DNA from: an uncultured Candidatus Saccharibacteria bacterium
GTDB taxonomy: Bacteria; Patescibacteriota; Minisyncoccia; Phycocordibacterales; UBA2100
DNA: 40,067 nucleotides
NCBI GenBank assembly: GCA_964363895.1
Contig: CAYIJV010000004.1
Coordinates: forward strand, 1-40,067
Reading direction: 5' to 3'
The position numbers and the translations under genes are program-made. The notes under the pieces are model-generated. The model worked only from the letters and a program-made list of their open reading frames with translations. It ran no database searches and had not been told where the DNA came from. This document shows positions 1 to 9,852 of this stretch, in pieces (positions within the stretch are counted from its first letter, which is position 1; the number at the start of each line of letters is the position of its first letter).

Positions 1-88
1 GGTAGAGCAACCCGTCAAAATACACGAGAGGAAGAAGCGCCGGCGCAAGCAGGAGGTACGGCAGAGCTCTGCGCACAAAGCCGATCAT
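1..88 (-). CDS. Partial CDS (N-terminus only) of a membrane protein, possibly O-antigen ligase-like
   Basis: ATG at 88 overlaps the TGA of the TPR gene (ATGA). It reads MIGFVRRALPYLLLAPALLPLVYFDGLLY off the window edge and is hydrophobic. The family guess is inference only. Confidence 0.55.
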   Translation of the reverse strand, partial: MIGFVRRALPYLLLAPALLPLVYFDGLLY

Positions 89-777
89 AGCTTGCCTTCT
101 AAGCGTCGTATTTCAGAATTCACCGCAGAAGAAGACGCGGGCGACAGCTCGCTGATCTTTTTCCAATCAGCGATAGCATCTTTGATACGCCCTTCCCCCT
201 CAAGCCAGCGAGCGCGGATCTGCAATAGCGTCGATGATTGGGTCGAACCAACGCTTGCATCCGCAAACGCTTTTTCTATTGCATTTTCGTCTGTGGGAAA
301 CTGCTGTGTGAGAAACTCAAGATATCTTGTTTGATATTGATCCAACTCGGGTTGTGCCATAGCAGCTTTCGCATATGCGGTACGGGCGGATCCAAAAGCA
401 CCAAGGCGCACAAGAAGTGTGCCGAGGTTGTACCACGCAAGCCCTGTCTTCTCGGAATCCTCTGCAAGGGCGCGACGAAGGTATTCGTATTCCTTGGCCC
501 CGTCTCCCAGAAGTTCGTACACTCCGGCAATGCTCACATCGAGTATGTAATCCGTATTCCCTTCAGTACCGAACATGCCATTCAGCCGCTTTATGTCCGC
601 GCGAGCTTTCTTTTCGAGCTCACTGTTGCCGCTATATAGACCTTTGAAATCCCACGAGGAGATAGAGTCTTCCGCCGCAAGTTCAAACGGATAGAGCGCG
701 GTTTGTGACGCATACCACAACGCACCACCCACGAGTAGCAAAACAGCAACGACCACAGATACATAACGAATATTCAT
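85..777 (-). CDS. Membrane-anchored TPR-repeat protein
   Basis: N-terminal TM helix (YVSVVVAVLLLVGGALWY) and TPR-like helices (AWYNLGTLLVRLGAFGSARTAYAKA). Start moved to ATG 777 because TGaTAAGCT lies 7 nt upstream and the longer ORF runs through a terminator. Confidence 0.8.
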   Translation of the reverse strand: MNIRYVSVVVAVLLLVGGALWYASQTALYPFELAAEDSISSWDFKGLYSGNSELEKKARADIKRLNGMFGTEGNTDYILDVSIAGVYELLGDGAKEYEYLRRALAEDSEKTGLAWYNLGTLLVRLGAFGSARTAYAKAAMAQPELDQYQTRYLEFLTQQFPTDENAIEKAFADASVGSTQSSTLLQIRARWLEGEGRIKDAIADWKKISELSPASSSAVNSEIRRLEGKL

Positions 778-810
778 GTTCGCCAGCTTATCATGCGAGG
801 CAACAATAAC

Positions 811-836
811 AAAAACCACCCCTTGCGGGGTGGTTT
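811..836 (-). terminator. Intrinsic terminator of the surface-protein gene
   Basis: Minus strand AAACCACCCC-GCAA-GGGGTGGTTTTT: perfect stem, GNRA loop and T tract, ~70 nt after the stop at 908. Confidence 0.85.
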
Positions 837-907
837 CTGTTTTGCCAAATCGTTCTCCTTTGGCCAGAGGACTCGCAACGAGTGTTGCTAAGCCAACCAA
901 GAGCTTC

Positions 908-3900
908 CTAGAAGTTCACCGATCGATTGCCGACCGTGAGAGGAAGTGTCCTGACCAAGTAATCTCCCGTCCAGTCAGAGGTCGAAGCTCCCGTTGCACT
1001 CGAAGAGTGATCGGAGAGGTCAGACCAGTCAGACCATACGAAGGACGACACAGTGCTTACACCGATCGCACCAGACGACGCTTCGAAGATGTTCGTCGAA
1101 GACGCTGTCGTGTGAGGATTGGCGATAGATACACTGATGTTGTTAGCGCCAGCGGCGATTCCATCAACTGTACCGCGAAGCTCGTATGTCTTCGAGGATC
1201 CAGCAGGAATCTTCTCAACTGCTGTCGGACGGAAGTGGACGAGACAGGATGTGTTGTTATCACAGGCGTCAATGGTGTCGTTGTACGAACCCGTTGTCGT
1301 CGCGATAGTACCTGCGATCTCGTTGGCACCCGACCACACAGCGAGGGTCGATGTAGAACCCGTACCCACCGCAAGAGTCTTGTTGAGGGTGAATACTATC
1401 GAGCCCCAGTCAATGTCGCCTGCCGCGTCAGCCGTAACCGAGAAGCGCCCAAGGACCTGATCGGATCCCGCATTGAGCGTTCCAGAGTCGAGAGCTACCG
1501 GCGCAAGAACCGGCTTGGATTTGCGTACGTACATCGTGCCCTTGCCGCTTGTGCCAGCCGACGAGAGGTCAGTAGCAGAGATTGCCATCGTCGTCGAGGC
1601 TGTTCCAGAGCTGTCCACAGCTTTGTAACCCTCATTTGCGTCAAGCAATGCAGTAATTGCTGTACCGGATGTTGCGCCGTTCTGAACTGTCGGAATATCG
1701 ACGTAGACATCGAGTGTCCTCACCGCGTTCGCCGGGATAGCAAACGTGAGACCGGTGAAGGTCGCCGTCGCGTGGGTCTGTGCACCCGAAGAGAGCGCGA
1801 GCGCCTGCCTTGCCGTTCCGCCTGTCCACTTGAGAACGACAGACGAGACAGAGGTCGCGGCGTTTGCCGGAACCTTGACTGCAATTTCTTGCAGAGTGAA
1901 GCCGGAATTGGCCGCAGTGAAGTTGAAGGAGCCGACTTTGACGTCGTTCGAGCCTGCAATGATGTTTGCATTGTCAGGCGAGACTCCAACTGCTTGCGTG
2001 AAGGTGCCTGTGCCGACCGTGATTGTCTGGAGTGTGAGATCGCTTCCGATCGTTACAGAGTTGCCTGTGTTAATCCCTGTACCACCTGAAGTTGTGTCAA
2101 CCTCCGCAATCCAGGAACCGACATTGGAACCGGACTTGATGTTACCGATAACATCGATCGTCTTGGTCGATGAGACCTCGACGTTGAAGTTCACGGAGAA
2201 CGAGTTGGACGTCGATGGAGACGCCTTTGACGTACCGATCTGCACGCCTGTAGCAACATCCACGAGACGGAGATCCGTGATGGATGCCGCTTCGTCCGCC
2301 GAGAGATCAACAACGATGGTGTTTACGTTTGTCCCTTCCGTCGATCCCGACGAAAGAGTGAACGAACCCAAGCGAGCGTTGCTCGTACCTGCGATGATGG
2401 TCTGGTTGCCGTAACCCGAGAACTTCGTCGCTGTGAGTGTCGCGGACGAAATGGTCAAGGTGTTACCAGCAGTGTCTGAGCCCGGTACATTGACCGCAGT
2501 AAGCGATACCTGGCCAAAGGCGTTGGAAGCACCATCATCGAGCGTGATGGCTACCGTCTGACCCGAGGTCAAAGCCGTGCCCGTCGAGCTCTTCGCATCT
2601 GCGTAGATATCGATGATGTGCACTGCTCCCGCCTTCGCTATGAAGGAAGAACCGAAGGTGAATTCGATGTCTGAACCATCAGTCAGGTCCTTGGTAGAAC
2701 CGACCTGTACGCCGTCAACGAATACTTTACCGTTATCAAGACCAGCCTGCGCGCCAGCCGAAGTATCGGCATTGACATTGAGAGACTCGATCTTCACATC
2801 CTCACCTGAGGCGCGGAGTTCGAAGCTCGCGAACTTTTGGTTCGAAGCTCCGAGGGTAATGTTTGACGAAGGCGATGTGTTCGCTTTCACGACCGAAACT
2901 GATGCGGAACCGATCGTCTGCAGACCTGATGTGCGAGCCGAGAACGCCGTAGCACTCGTGTGTGTTGAGAGAATCGGCTGATTAAGCTCGGTATCAATGA
3001 AGCGAGTATCAGCTGCGCGACGAAGCGAGAGCTGGACTGTCAAGCTAGAGCCACCGACGACATCGCCGACAACCTTGATGACGCGTCCGCCCGACTCGAG
3101 GCGCTTTGGAGCTGCAGAAAGATCCCACGAGACAGATGTCTCACCCACCGTGAGGTTCGCTACAGCAGCGCCGACCTGAACACCGTCTACAAAGAGGCGG
3201 AGGTTCCTGATGTCAGTAACTGCGATTGAACCGAGATTGCGGAGCTGGAACGAGGTCAAATTGACCGCGCGCGTACCAACCGTCGCGGTGTTCTGCCAGA
3301 GGACAACATCGTTTGCAGGGGTCAAGCTAGCGTTGACCGCGGGAAGTGTCGTTGCTCCGAAGTCGACCGTAGCGAGAGTCGCCGAAGAGACCAAGAGCGC
3401 CGTGCCCGAGATCGGAAGAACGACAGAAGTGTCGAGAAGACCAGAAGAGCTTACGCTCGTGAGTTGAACGCCGACCTGCTGGCCATTCGTCGAAGCTGCG
3501 ATATCGGAGCGCACGGATATAGTGACCGATGCGCCTGGGAGTAGCGTGAAGAGACCGGTGGAAGCGTTGTAGTTGAACGCCGTGTTGCTGACTCCTGCGG
3601 CATCCGTGATTCGTGTTGCTCCTTGGAAGAGATACACGTTTGCGAGTGTCGAGTCAGACGATACACCAATTCGCTTGAAGGCAAGATTGGTGACCGTAAT
3701 CGGAGCGGCTGTCGGGTTCGAGAAGGTGAACTTCGCGAGCTCAGCGATTGCCTGACCCTGGACGAGTGCACCGTACGTCGGGTTGTCAGATGCGAGCATG
3801 ACCTTGAGGCCATTGCCTGTCACCGGAACTCCCGGTACTCCTGGAACACTTGGAGTGCCTGTGCACATCGAGTTTGCCTTGGCGCGTGTGATCGGACCCC

Positions 3901-4294
3901 AGTAACCTGCCGTCGGCGTGATGCCATTGGCTGCCTGGAATGCCGAGACTGCCGCCTTGGTCTTTGGACCGAAGCTCGAGGTTTCGTTGCCTGGAGAGCC
4001 CGCGCCGCTTGCGGAAACCTGCGCTCCGTTGCTGTTAAGGAATTTCTGGACTGCCATCACTTCACCGCCCGTATCGCCTGTTTGGTGATTACGTGTGAAC
4101 GTGGTGCAAGAAGCCGTCGATGACGAGCCGCCCTGAAGTGCTGCAATTTGTGCGAGCAATGCATTGATCTGAGCCTGGAGATCGGAGAGGACATCAGCTT
4201 TCGCCGGTGTGGCGAAAGAAAATGCGACTCCAAAAACCATGACTACAGCCAAGAGCATCGTCGCAACATTCTTTGTTGCTAATGATTTACTCAT
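908..4294 (-). CDS. Large secreted S-layer-like surface protein with an N-terminal peptidoglycan-binding domain
   Basis: Signal peptide ending TPAKA, short coiled coil (LQAQINALLAQIAALQ) and PG_binding_1-like motif (GGEVMAVQKFLN...FGPKTKAAVSAFQ...GYWGPITRA). The rest is ~950 aa of Ser/Thr/Gly/Ala-rich beta-type sequence. The start could also be 4315. Confidence 0.8.
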   Translation of the reverse strand: MSKSLATKNVATMLLAVVMVFGVAFSFATPAKADVLSDLQAQINALLAQIAALQGGSSSTASCTTFTRNHQTGDTGGEVMAVQKFLNSNGAQVSASGAGSPGNETSSFGPKTKAAVSAFQAANGITPTAGYWGPITRAKANSMCTGTPSVPGVPGVPVTGNGLKVMLASDNPTYGALVQGQAIAELAKFTFSNPTAAPITVTNLAFKRIGVSSDSTLANVYLFQGATRITDAAGVSNTAFNYNASTGLFTLLPGASVTISVRSDIAASTNGQQVGVQLTSVSSSGLLDTSVVLPISGTALLVSSATLATVDFGATTLPAVNASLTPANDVVLWQNTATVGTRAVNLTSFQLRNLGSIAVTDIRNLRLFVDGVQVGAAVANLTVGETSVSWDLSAAPKRLESGGRVIKVVGDVVGGSSLTVQLSLRRAADTRFIDTELNQPILSTHTSATAFSARTSGLQTIGSASVSVVKANTSPSSNITLGASNQKFASFELRASGEDVKIESLNVNADTSAGAQAGLDNGKVFVDGVQVGSTKDLTDGSDIEFTFGSSFIAKAGAVHIIDIYADAKSSTGTALTSGQTVAITLDDGASNAFGQVSLTAVNVPGSDTAGNTLTISSATLTATKFSGYGNQTIIAGTSNARLGSFTLSSGSTEGTNVNTIVVDLSADEAASITDLRLVDVATGVQIGTSKASPSTSNSFSVNFNVEVSSTKTIDVIGNIKSGSNVGSWIAEVDTTSGGTGINTGNSVTIGSDLTLQTITVGTGTFTQAVGVSPDNANIIAGSNDVKVGSFNFTAANSGFTLQEIAVKVPANAATSVSSVVLKWTGGTARQALALSSGAQTHATATFTGLTFAIPANAVRTLDVYVDIPTVQNGATSGTAITALLDANEGYKAVDSSGTASTTMAISATDLSSAGTSGKGTMYVRKSKPVLAPVALDSGTLNAGSDQVLGRFSVTADAAGDIDWGSIVFTLNKTLAVGTGSTSTLAVWSGANEIAGTIATTTGSYNDTIDACDNNTSCLVHFRPTAVEKIPAGSSKTYELRGTVDGIAAGANNISVSIANPHTTASSTNIFEASSGAIGVSTVSSFVWSDWSDLSDHSSSATGASTSDWTGDYLVRTLPLTVGNRSVNF

Positions 4295-4740
4295 AGTTTG
4301 TTTTGACTTTTTCATGCCGCTCTTTCTTGAAAGAAAGGGCGACACCGCACACAACACCCTTTCGACGAGGAGTCGCGCACGTTTTTGTGTCTTCTGCTAA
4401 ATGCTCAATTACTAACTGAACTAACTAACTGATAACTGAAGACCTACTGATAATCGGGCCTGACCCGCCGTCGGCGGATCTTGTGCCCATAACTTTGCTA
4501 GCCCCCTCCGTCAAAATGGCAGAAAGAGGATTAGCACCGAGAAGGAAATTTTCGTACAGACATGCAATCGTAACCGAAGAAGGAATTCCGAAATGTCTTC
4601 GAGTAAGACATCGACCTGCTTTACAGGTCGGCGATTGAATCGCTTTTTTGTATCTTATTTAAATGTCAACGAACTACACACAGAAAGCACAGCGCTCTCA
4701 TGCGTCTACCAACACCTCATACAAGAGATGTCGTAGAGCA

Positions 4741-4746
4741 ATTATA
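4741..4746 (-). promoter_or_regulatory. Candidate -10 box (TATAAT) for the surface-protein gene, implying a ~440-nt leader
   Basis: Perfect TATAAT on the minus strand, followed directly by a hairpin. No ORF of 60 aa or more lies between it and the gene. Confidence 0.45.
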
Positions 4747-4788
4747 TACTAGGGACCTTACCGAACGCGAATACAAGGCTCCCCGGTT

Positions 4789-4797
4789 TGTGGATAA
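4789..4797 (-). promoter_or_regulatory. DnaA box
   Basis: TGTGGATAA is the reverse complement of consensus TTATCCACA. It is intergenic. Confidence 0.5.
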
Positions 4798-5017
4798 CTT
4801 GTGAGCTAAGAAAGTCCTATAAAGACTTTTCTCACCCAGTCCATTACCGCGTGCAAGGATACCTCAGTACACAATGGGAGTCAATCAAAAGGCAGACTCG
4901 TAAAAACCCGCAAAGATCAGACCTTTGCGGATTGGAATTACTAAACCCATCTCCGTTTCAATAACCCAAAAGTCTCTTAAACTCGAAATTGAATCTGATC
5001 ATTTGAGACTTTATCTG

Positions 5018-5773
5018 CTATGCAATGGAATAGCGACTCCAGCGCTTCAAACCTGCCTTTTTCACACGTCCCGTAGCAACAAGAGCCATTAAGTCGCGCT
5101 GGATCATTTTTTCGCTATATTCTGGTAGGTTCGAGGCAATATCCCTGATACCGAGCTCACCGCCCGTCCTAAGAATCGCAATGATACTAAGCTCTCGGAC
5201 ACTTAACCCGTCACTATTGGTCATCTTCTCGGACATTCTAGTCCTGTCCTTTACATGTAACCTGTCCTTTGTAGCTATGTTGTCCTTTATGTCCTTTAAC
5301 GGTGACCCGTGAATGTCGAGAAGATCGTCGCGGGATAGAGAGATGCTTTCTGAAAGCGGAGAATTTCTCGAGACAGATAGAAAATTCCCCAATTCATCGA
5401 GTCCATCTATGACTATATTGGTGTTTTGAGTAGAGACAAATCCAGCAACAGGAAGCATCCGTACTAGCGAAATTAGATGCCGTATTGATACTCGGCAAGC
5501 ATCGACGTGGTCTGATCCAATTGCCCTCATATCGTCCCGTAAAGAGAGCATTCGTTCGAGAATTACGAGCGCTTCAGCCCGTAGAGATACTCGGAGCGAT
5601 TCTGTAGATGGAATGTGGTTGGTTATGAGGTACAGGGCCGCAACGATGCGTTCAGTCCTACGATATGCACGATCTGCCGATTGATTAGCCCCAAATGGGT
5701 TCGTCCGAACAACTTGACCATCAAAGAATTGAGATAGTTGGGTCGGATTCTGTTTGTCGTTTGGCATGTCCAT
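5018..5773 (-). CDS. DNA-binding protein with a helical N-terminal domain and C-terminal DeoR-like winged HTH
   Basis: C-terminus LGIRDIASNLPEYSEKMIQRDLMALVATGRVKKAGLKRWSRY matches the DeoR-type wHTH pattern (S-x-x-T/M-I-x-R-D-L). Confidence 0.75.
   Translation of the reverse strand: MDMPNDKQNPTQLSQFFDGQVVRTNPFGANQSADRAYRRTERIVAALYLITNHIPSTESLRVSLRAEALVILERMLSLRDDMRAIGSDHVDACRVSIRHLISLVRMLPVAGFVSTQNTNIVIDGLDELGNFLSVSRNSPLSESISLSRDDLLDIHGSPLKDIKDNIATKDRLHVKDRTRMSEKMTNSDGLSVRELSIIAILRTGGELGIRDIASNLPEYSEKMIQRDLMALVATGRVKKAGLKRWSRYSIA
5245..5297. repeat. Four phased TGTCCTTT direct repeats inside the wHTH gene
   Basis: Exact copies start at 5245, 5263, 5281 and 5290 (spacings 18, 18, 9). An inverted copy AAAGGACA lies at 5834-5841 in the upstream intergenic region. 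Confidence 0.85.
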
Positions 5774-5968
5774 TGTATGTCCCAGACCTGTACATTAAGA
5801 CACTCTGTACATGTCCGACATTGATGAGTATATAAAGGACATGTCTAATAAGCAACCCCGCCCCACTTTTATCTCCGACCATCGCAACTCGTGTTCGGGC
5901 ATACGGAAGAACTTATATTTCAAAAGAATCCGACCTGAAAGAGTGGGGCGGGATGATATGATGTCATC

Positions 5969-8209
5969 ATGAAATTGAAACGGAAACGCGGAAGAGACAA
6001 AGATATCGACGATGATAGTGGTTCAAGTGTCAGACACGTGAGTAGCGAGGCACTACGCGGGGTGTGCGCCATCTTTTTTGTCGCAATTGCCGGATTTCTC
6101 ATTCTTGCACAACTCGACGGGGGCGGAGCAATAGGCGCCACCCTTTATTCGTGGCTCTCGTGGCTTCTAGGTATCGGGTATTTTCTTTTACCCATCTCTC
6201 TCATTCTGCTCGCTCTCCTCATTTTTCGATCCTTTGAACGCAGCTTTGGCTGGGTACAGTTCTTAAGCATGACAGTCTTTCTGCTCGCTGGTTTAGGACT
6301 TATCAATCTCGTATTTCCGGGCCAAGGTGGAATTGTGGGAACGGGAGTATCAAATCCGATCGTTGCGGGCGTTGACATAACTGCGACTTTCATTTTTCTT
6401 ATCGCGTTCACTGTTGCATCGCTTGTTGTAGCATTCAATGTCCATCTCGGAGAGCTCCTTGCGAGCATCCGTGATTACTTCCTCTCTCTGCGCACTCTGA
6501 AAACAACTGAGGGAGTCGAAGCGCCCGTTATCGGATTGCCTACGGATGAAGAATCTCCCGAAACACCGGAACCAGAAGAATTGCGGGAGGACGTGGGATC
6601 TCCGCAAGACAAGCCGAAAGATACAAGTACAACCGGCTCTATTAAGAAATTCTTCATGGAGAGCGATGTGGCGACCGAGGGCTTCCCTATCATAGCGAGT
6701 ACTGGCAGCGCGTATATTCCACCGCCCGTTTCCATCCTTGCAAAAAATAGAGGCAAGCCTGAAGTAGGCGACGTGAAAGCAAACATGAATATCATCAAGC
6801 GCACTCTGCAAAATTTTGGGATACAGGTGGAAATGGATGAAGCTTCCATTGGCCCTACTGTAACGCGCTACTCGATGAAACCAGCCGAGGGTGTACGGCT
6901 CTCCAAAATAATCGCGCTTCAGAGTAATCTCGAGCTTGCACTCGCGGCTTCACCGGTGCGAATCGAGGCTCCCATACCTGGAAAATCCCTTGTGGGCATT
7001 GAGGTGCCGAATATAGCGCGAACAACGCTCGGCATGGCGCCCATCGTTTCTGACGAAACATTTACTCAATCAGATAAACCGCTTCTTCTCGGTCTTGGGC
7101 GCGCAATTACGGGTGCACCTATCTTCGCTGATCTTGCCCGCATGCCTCACATACTCGTCGCTGGTACAACGGGCGCAGGCAAATCAGTCGCTATCCACGA
7201 CTTTGTCGTTAGCCTTCTCTATCGATGCGGGCCCGAACGGCTACGCTTCATTATGATAGATCCAAAAAGAGTCGAGCTTACTGTATATAATTCCATCCCA
7301 CACCTCCTCACACCTGTGATTACCGACGCGAAAAAAGCTATCCTTGCCATAAAATGGCTAGCGAAAGAAATGGAACGCAGGTACAACATTTTGGAAACTG
7401 AAGCCGTGCGCGATATTTCTTCGTATCATCAGAATGTCGTTGCACCAGCACTGGAGAGGGTCTCGCGCAACGATATCGAAACGCCGCTACCAGAAGCTAT
7501 GCCGTATATCGTTGTAGTTATTGATGAGTTGGCCGATATCATGACAAGCTATCCTCGCGAACTTGAGAGTGGAATTGTACGGCTTGCACAAATGAGCCGC
7601 GCCGTAGGAATACACCTCATTCTCTCGACACAGCGACCGAGCGTGAAGGTTATTACAGGTCTCATCAAGGCCAATATACCCGCGCGAGTCGCCCTGCAGG
7701 TGGCCTCGCAAATCGATTCCCGAACTATTCTGGACACCGGCGGCGCAGAAAAACTCTTGGGAGCTGGCGACATGCTCTTTCTTTCGGGAGAAATGTCAAA
7801 ACCGCGCCGCATCCAAGCCCCATTTATTTCGGAAGATGAAGTAAAGCGAGTGGTTGCGCATATCATAAAGACAAGCGATGGAACACTCCCAAGCGAGATC
7901 GATTTCAGCGATCAGAAAACGGGAAGCGGAACTGATCCAATATTTTCTGCTTCGCTCGAAGACAGCGAGGATGACGCGCTATATGCAGAGGCAAAGCGCA
8001 CCGTCATAGAGGCCGGCAAGGCATCCACATCGTATTTGCAACGCAAACTCGGCGTAGGCTATGCTCGAGCGGCGCGTCTCATGGATATTCTCGAAGAGCG
8101 AGGCGTTATTGGTCCACCCGACGGGGCAAAGCCGCGCGACATCATTGGAGCAGGCAATGCTGATGAATTGGCGCGCGAGGAAAGTGGCAACGAGGAAGAA
8201 CGCGTATGA
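5969..8209 (+). CDS. ftsK: DNA translocase FtsK/SpoIIIE
   Basis: N-terminal TM region, Walker A AGTTGAGKS, MIDPKRVEL, Walker B VVIDELAD, TQRPS, and gamma domain ASTSYLQRKLGVGYARAARLMD. Confidence 0.97.
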   Translation: MKLKRKRGRDKDIDDDSGSSVRHVSSEALRGVCAIFFVAIAGFLILAQLDGGGAIGATLYSWLSWLLGIGYFLLPISLILLALLIFRSFERSFGWVQFLSMTVFLLAGLGLINLVFPGQGGIVGTGVSNPIVAGVDITATFIFLIAFTVASLVVAFNVHLGELLASIRDYFLSLRTLKTTEGVEAPVIGLPTDEESPETPEPEELREDVGSPQDKPKDTSTTGSIKKFFMESDVATEGFPIIASTGSAYIPPPVSILAKNRGKPEVGDVKANMNIIKRTLQNFGIQVEMDEASIGPTVTRYSMKPAEGVRLSKIIALQSNLELALAASPVRIEAPIPGKSLVGIEVPNIARTTLGMAPIVSDETFTQSDKPLLLGLGRAITGAPIFADLARMPHILVAGTTGAGKSVAIHDFVVSLLYRCGPERLRFIMIDPKRVELTVYNSIPHLLTPVITDAKKAILAIKWLAKEMERRYNILETEAVRDISSYHQNVVAPALERVSRNDIETPLPEAMPYIVVVIDELADIMTSYPRELESGIVRLAQMSRAVGIHLILSTQRPSVKVITGLIKANIPARVALQVASQIDSRTILDTGGAEKLLGAGDMLFLSGEMSKPRRIQAPFISEDEVKRVVAHIIKTSDGTLPSEIDFSDQKTGSGTDPIFSASLEDSEDDALYAEAKRTVIEAGKASTSYLQRKLGVGYARAARLMDILEERGVIGPPDGAKPRDIIGAGNADELAREESGNEEERV

Positions 8210-8217
8210 ATTTCTCC

Positions 8218-8252
8218 TAGAACTTGAAACTTAATACCTAGAACCTAATCCG
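8218..8252 (+). repeat. Degenerate 7-bp-period tandem tract
   Basis: TAGAACT TGAAACT TAATACC TAGAACC TAATCCG fills the gap between ftsK and the next ATG. Confidence 0.6.
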
Positions 8253-8253
8253 T

Positions 8254-8667
8254 ATGCTTCCGTATCGTGACAGTCGTCTCACTTACATTGCGCTTGGTAT
8301 TTTCTTTCTTATCGTCATTGGATATGCGTACTTCGAGGCACGGGGCGTGCTCTTCGGTCCATCAATCTCAACCGCATTGCAAGAGACCGAAGTGCACGAG
8401 CCTTTCATCATGATAAAGGGTCAGGCAGATCGTATCGCTTCCCTCTTGATGAACGGCAAGGCCATCTCCGTCACCGAAACCGGAACTTTCGAAGAACCCT
8501 ATCTACTCGCCCCTGGATACAATCGAGTAGTTCTCGATGCGCGCGATAAGTACGGAAGGAGCAGAAGCAAGGTCATCGAGATCGTCTATACGCCCACGAC
8601 AACAAATCCAGACATCATTCCTGCGGCGGCTACTTCCGCCTCTTCCACAGGCTCGGTAGCGCACTAA
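8254..8667 (+). CDS. Small membrane-anchored protein with one Ig-like beta domain
   Basis: N-terminal TM helix, then a beta-strand pattern (LLMNGKAI...GTFEEPYLLAPGYNRVVLDARDKYG) and a Ser/Thr/Ala-rich tail. Confidence 0.75.
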   Translation: MLPYRDSRLTYIALGIFFLIVIGYAYFEARGVLFGPSISTALQETEVHEPFIMIKGQADRIASLLMNGKAISVTETGTFEEPYLLAPGYNRVVLDARDKYGRSRSKVIEIVYTPTTTNPDIIPAAATSASSTGSVAH

Positions 8668-8700
8668 AGACAATACGATATACTGCACTGGACAATATAC

Positions 8701-9771
8701 ATGGCTGGATTTAAGAAAAAAGAAAAAGCACCGCCCAAGACAACCGGCACAGGGTCGGACGCGGATATCGAGCGAGCTATCTCCCAGATAAAAACCAAAT
8801 TCGGCGATGAGTCGATAATGATGCTCGGCGCGCAACCGAAAGTCGATGTGAATGCCATCTCGACCGGTTCAATAGGCGTCGATTGGGCGCTCGGCATCGG
8901 CGGATTGCCGCGCGGACGCATCATTGAAATATTCGGACCGGAATCCTCCGGTAAGACGACACTCTCACTTCACGTCATCGCCGAAGCGCAGAAGAAAGGA
9001 GGCATCTGCGCTTTCATCGACGCCGAGCACGCGCTCGATCCAGAATACGCAAAGAAACTTGGCGTACAGATCGAGCATCTCCTCGTATCGCAACCCGACA
9101 CGGGCGAACAGGCGCTCGAGATAACCGAATCGCTGGTACGTTCTGGAAAAATAGATGTCATCGTTATTGACTCCGTTGCGGCACTCACGCCCAAGGACGA
9201 AATAGAGGGCGATATGGGTGCACAGCATGTTGGCAAGCATGCACGGCTCATGTCGCAAGCGCTTCGCAAATTGACGGCAATCGTCGCAAAGACGAAGACC
9301 ATTATCATCTTCATCAACCAGATCCGCATGCAAATCGGCGTCATGTTCGGGAATCCCGAAACGACTACGGGTGGCAAGGCATTAAAATTCTACACGTCGG
9401 TGCGTATCGACATCCGCCGCATTGCACAGATAAAGAAAGGTGATGAAACAATGGGTGGCCGGCACCGCGTGAAAATCGTGAAGAACAAAATTGCGGCACC
9501 ATTTCGACAGACCGAATTCGACATGCTCTATGGAGAAGGCATCTCGCGCGAGGGTGAAGCCTTAGCGCTCGGTGAAAAGCTCGGCTTCGTCGCAAAATCT
9601 TCCGGCGGCTCGTATTCCATCGGGGAAACAAAGCTCGGCCGCGGCTATGATGCCGCGCGTACCTATCTGCGCGAGAACAAGCCCGTCTTGAATCAGCTTC
9701 TGAAAGATATCAAAAAGGGCCTCGCCGATGGCGGGATGACCGCAAAAAGTTCGAGCGGAGATGATGAGTAA
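8701..9771 (+). CDS. recA: Recombinase RecA
   Basis: [54 protein letters not shown]. Confidence 0.99.
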   Translation: MAGFKKKEKAPPKTTGTGSDADIERAISQIKTKFGDESIMMLGAQPKVDVNAISTGSIGVDWALGIGGLPRGRIIEIFGPESSGKTTLSLHVIAEAQKKGGICAFIDAEHALDPEYAKKLGVQIEHLLVSQPDTGEQALEITESLVRSGKIDVIVIDSVAALTPKDEIEGDMGAQHVGKHARLMSQALRKLTAIVAKTKTIIIFINQIRMQIGVMFGNPETTTGGKALKFYTSVRIDIRRIAQIKKGDETMGGRHRVKIVKNKIAAPFRQTEFDMLYGEGISREGEALALGEKLGFVAKSSGGSYSIGETKLGRGYDAARTYLRENKPVLNQLLKDIKKGLADGGMTAKSSSGDDE

Positions 9772-9852
9772 AAACGATGGTTATCAACACCCGCACAAAA
9801 AGTGCGGATTTTTGGTTATACAATGAACGTAATTAGCTTAATTATCAATTTC

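Noticed and set aside
776-4123. Long plus-strand ORFs (437 aa at 776-2089, 222 aa at 1746-2414 and others) opposite the surface-protein gene
   Set aside because: They are antisense shadows of a strongly codon-biased gene. The translations are Arg/Cys-rich with no motifs, and the longest crosses the terminator.
4295-5968. Possible replication origin
   Set aside because: Only one perfect DnaA box, no dnaA/dnaN nearby, and no lasting switch in gene orientation. Kept only as a regulatory observation.
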